This document shows positions 62,282 through 64,000 of a stretch of DNA of 64,000 nt, one piece after another (position 1 is the first letter of the stretch; each line of letters begins with the position of its first letter). This stretch comes from Tubiluchus corallicola (lineage: Eukaryota; Animalia; Priapulida): contig JAQGDQ010000815.1 of assembly GCA_030141605.1 (NCBI GenBank), forward strand, positions 1-64,000, written 5' to 3'. The notes beneath the pieces were generated by a model. That model searched no databases, was not told the DNA's origin, and saw nothing but the letters and a program-made list of their open reading frames with translations. The position numbers were made by a program, and so were the translations under genes.

Positions 62282-62750
62282 TGAAGCAAAACCGGATCCA
62301 ATCTTAAACTGCAGGTCAAAACAATCTACTCTTTAAAATATTGAAGGAAACATACTACTTTTTCAAAGAAAGAATTATTACCAGACAAACAATTTCACGT
62401 TTGCGCCACTAGTTGTTCACTGTTACATGCATTTCGCCATTCACTAGTTAGACAGACACTAGCATTTGATTTTCAGAAACTCATTACAAAAAAGAGGTGC
62501 TGTACCTCTCAGTTCAGATGTGTTAGTTTGTGACAAACTGCACACGTTCGACAGCTCATGCTTGAGCAAAGTGGTAAATCTGAAATTTGAATTTTTACCT
62601 TAAAACTTGCAGTAGCACTGTACTTCAATTTTCGCTTACGCAAACACGTGCAACACGCTCGTGGAATATTTTTGCTGTTGAAAATTATGATAGTTTGTGA
62701 TGTCATCACTATGTTGCCCATCGTTATATGAAAAATCATTCTGTTTTCCT
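62282..62750 (+). mobile_element. Dispersed repeat, family C
   Basis: Homologous to 9150-9560. Confidence 0.7.
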
Positions 62751-63176
62751 TTAAAGAATTAAGAAACTGTATCTGCTACCGGAAGAAATACCATCATTTA
62801 GATGCGATAAAAATGGCGGACACAGAGCATCTGCCGCAAATATATCTCTTTATCTCTAACTGTTTATTTCACAAGAATAACGAGTGAAATCATATGAAGA
62901 AGATAAACATTATAAAATATGAGTAAATCTCTTAGACAACTTGAGAAGAAGAAAAACAGACACAAAAGCAAATGACTTCATACACGTGTATTAACTCGTA
63001 GTATCTCTGGAACAGAATACATGGATATTTAAAAAAATATAATCTGGCAAAAGTTACTAATAAGAAATCTATATACATTTTAAAAAGGCTTGTATTAAAA
63101 AAGAATTGTATAAGCGTATACTGGACATGCGAAATACGTAAAAGTTGTTTTGCAGTAACATTTTCATTTCTGTTAA

Positions 63177-63634
63177 CCCTTTCATACCCGTTGTATCCCG
63201 CGGGATACGAGAATATTTTCTGCCTTTAAAATTAATAAAATTTTAAAACTGACAGTTATTTGATCTGTTAATAGTTATTTTGATTTAAGCTGATAACAAT
63301 AGACTAAAAATGGTGATAAAATGGCAAACTAGAAAATCTACATAGCACAAAAAACTGTGTAAGGTACAGTACTTTAGAGACGACTTTGTACAGATCAGCA
63401 TAGCATGAATACTAAATGTCTTAAATACTTTAAAAAACTATCAGCAGTTCAAAATGAAGCACATTTTATGCTTCCACTGAATCCCAATGTATCCCGTGGG
63501 ATACAGGCTATATTTAGCACACGGACACAGGTAGAAAAAAATAATGATTATGTGTAAACAAGATGGACATACTGAACAAAAGTACCAAGTCAAAAAAAAC
63601 TTTCTTATTAAAAAATAATTTGAGACTGAAAGGG
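63177..63634 (-). mobile_element. piggyBac-like MITE, inverted copy of 25881-26334
   Basis: TTAA|CCCTTTCA...TGAAAGGG|TTAA; near-identical body. Confidence 0.85.
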
Positions 63635-63661
63635 TTAAATTAAGTTTTAACTGCACAACTA

Positions 63662-64000
63662 CCGTATTTATTCGAGTATAACGCGCACCCCCAATTCTCG
63701 ATTAAAAATCGGTATAAAATTTTGTTTCAGTTTTTCTCGGCTCAGACCAAGCATTGTAAGTGACAAACGTTGTTGAACAACTCCAGTCTCTAACATTTCC
63801 TAGGCCAGGCACCGTCTAGACAAACCATCTAGACATTGCACCCTCTGACAAAGTCTGCTGATGACGCAAATATTATTGATTATTTCCTTAGCTACGCAAC
63901 GCGCACCCCTAATTTTCGATTAAAAATTGGTATAAAATTTTGTTTCAGTTTTTCTCGGCTCAGACCAAGCATTGTAAGTGACAAACGTTGTTGAACAACT
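63662..64000 (+). mobile_element. Tc1/pogo-superfamily element start with internal 218-bp tandem repeat, running off the window
   Basis: TA|CCGTATTTATTCGAGTATAA terminus; repeat units start at 63680 and 63898. Confidence 0.6.

Overview
AT-rich eukaryotic DNA, apparently from an invertebrate animal (spliceosomal introns, standard code). Three protein-coding genes were reconstructed by hand. (1) A 9-exon mitochondrial acyl-CoA dehydrogenase on the minus strand (13645->1290, 436 aa, one GC-AG intron). (2) An 11-exon pyruvate dehydrogenase kinase on the plus strand (15289->55103, 425 aa, 18.2 kb first intron), head-to-head with the ACAD. (3) An intronless PACRG (59999-60694, 231 aa). Introns are packed with non-autonomous DNA transposons (hAT with 8-bp TSDs; Kolobok-like and piggyBac-like with TTAA; pogo/Tc1-like with TA; Harbinger-like; foldback), RTE and CR1 retroposon remnants, a solo LTR, micro/minisatellites, a 2.4-kb tandem duplication and several palindromes. 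I found no evidence of a new multi-gene system. The most unusual signals are a 5S rRNA head fused to an RTE LINE 3' tail, a solo LTR with heat-shock-element arrays before its TATA box, a tandem array of five CTCF-like motifs, the ACAD/PDK divergent promoter with clustered HRE/E-box cores, and an intronless PACRG with forkhead/X-box-like promoter motifs. Coordinates were counted by eye; family names and functions come from motif recognition, not database searches.
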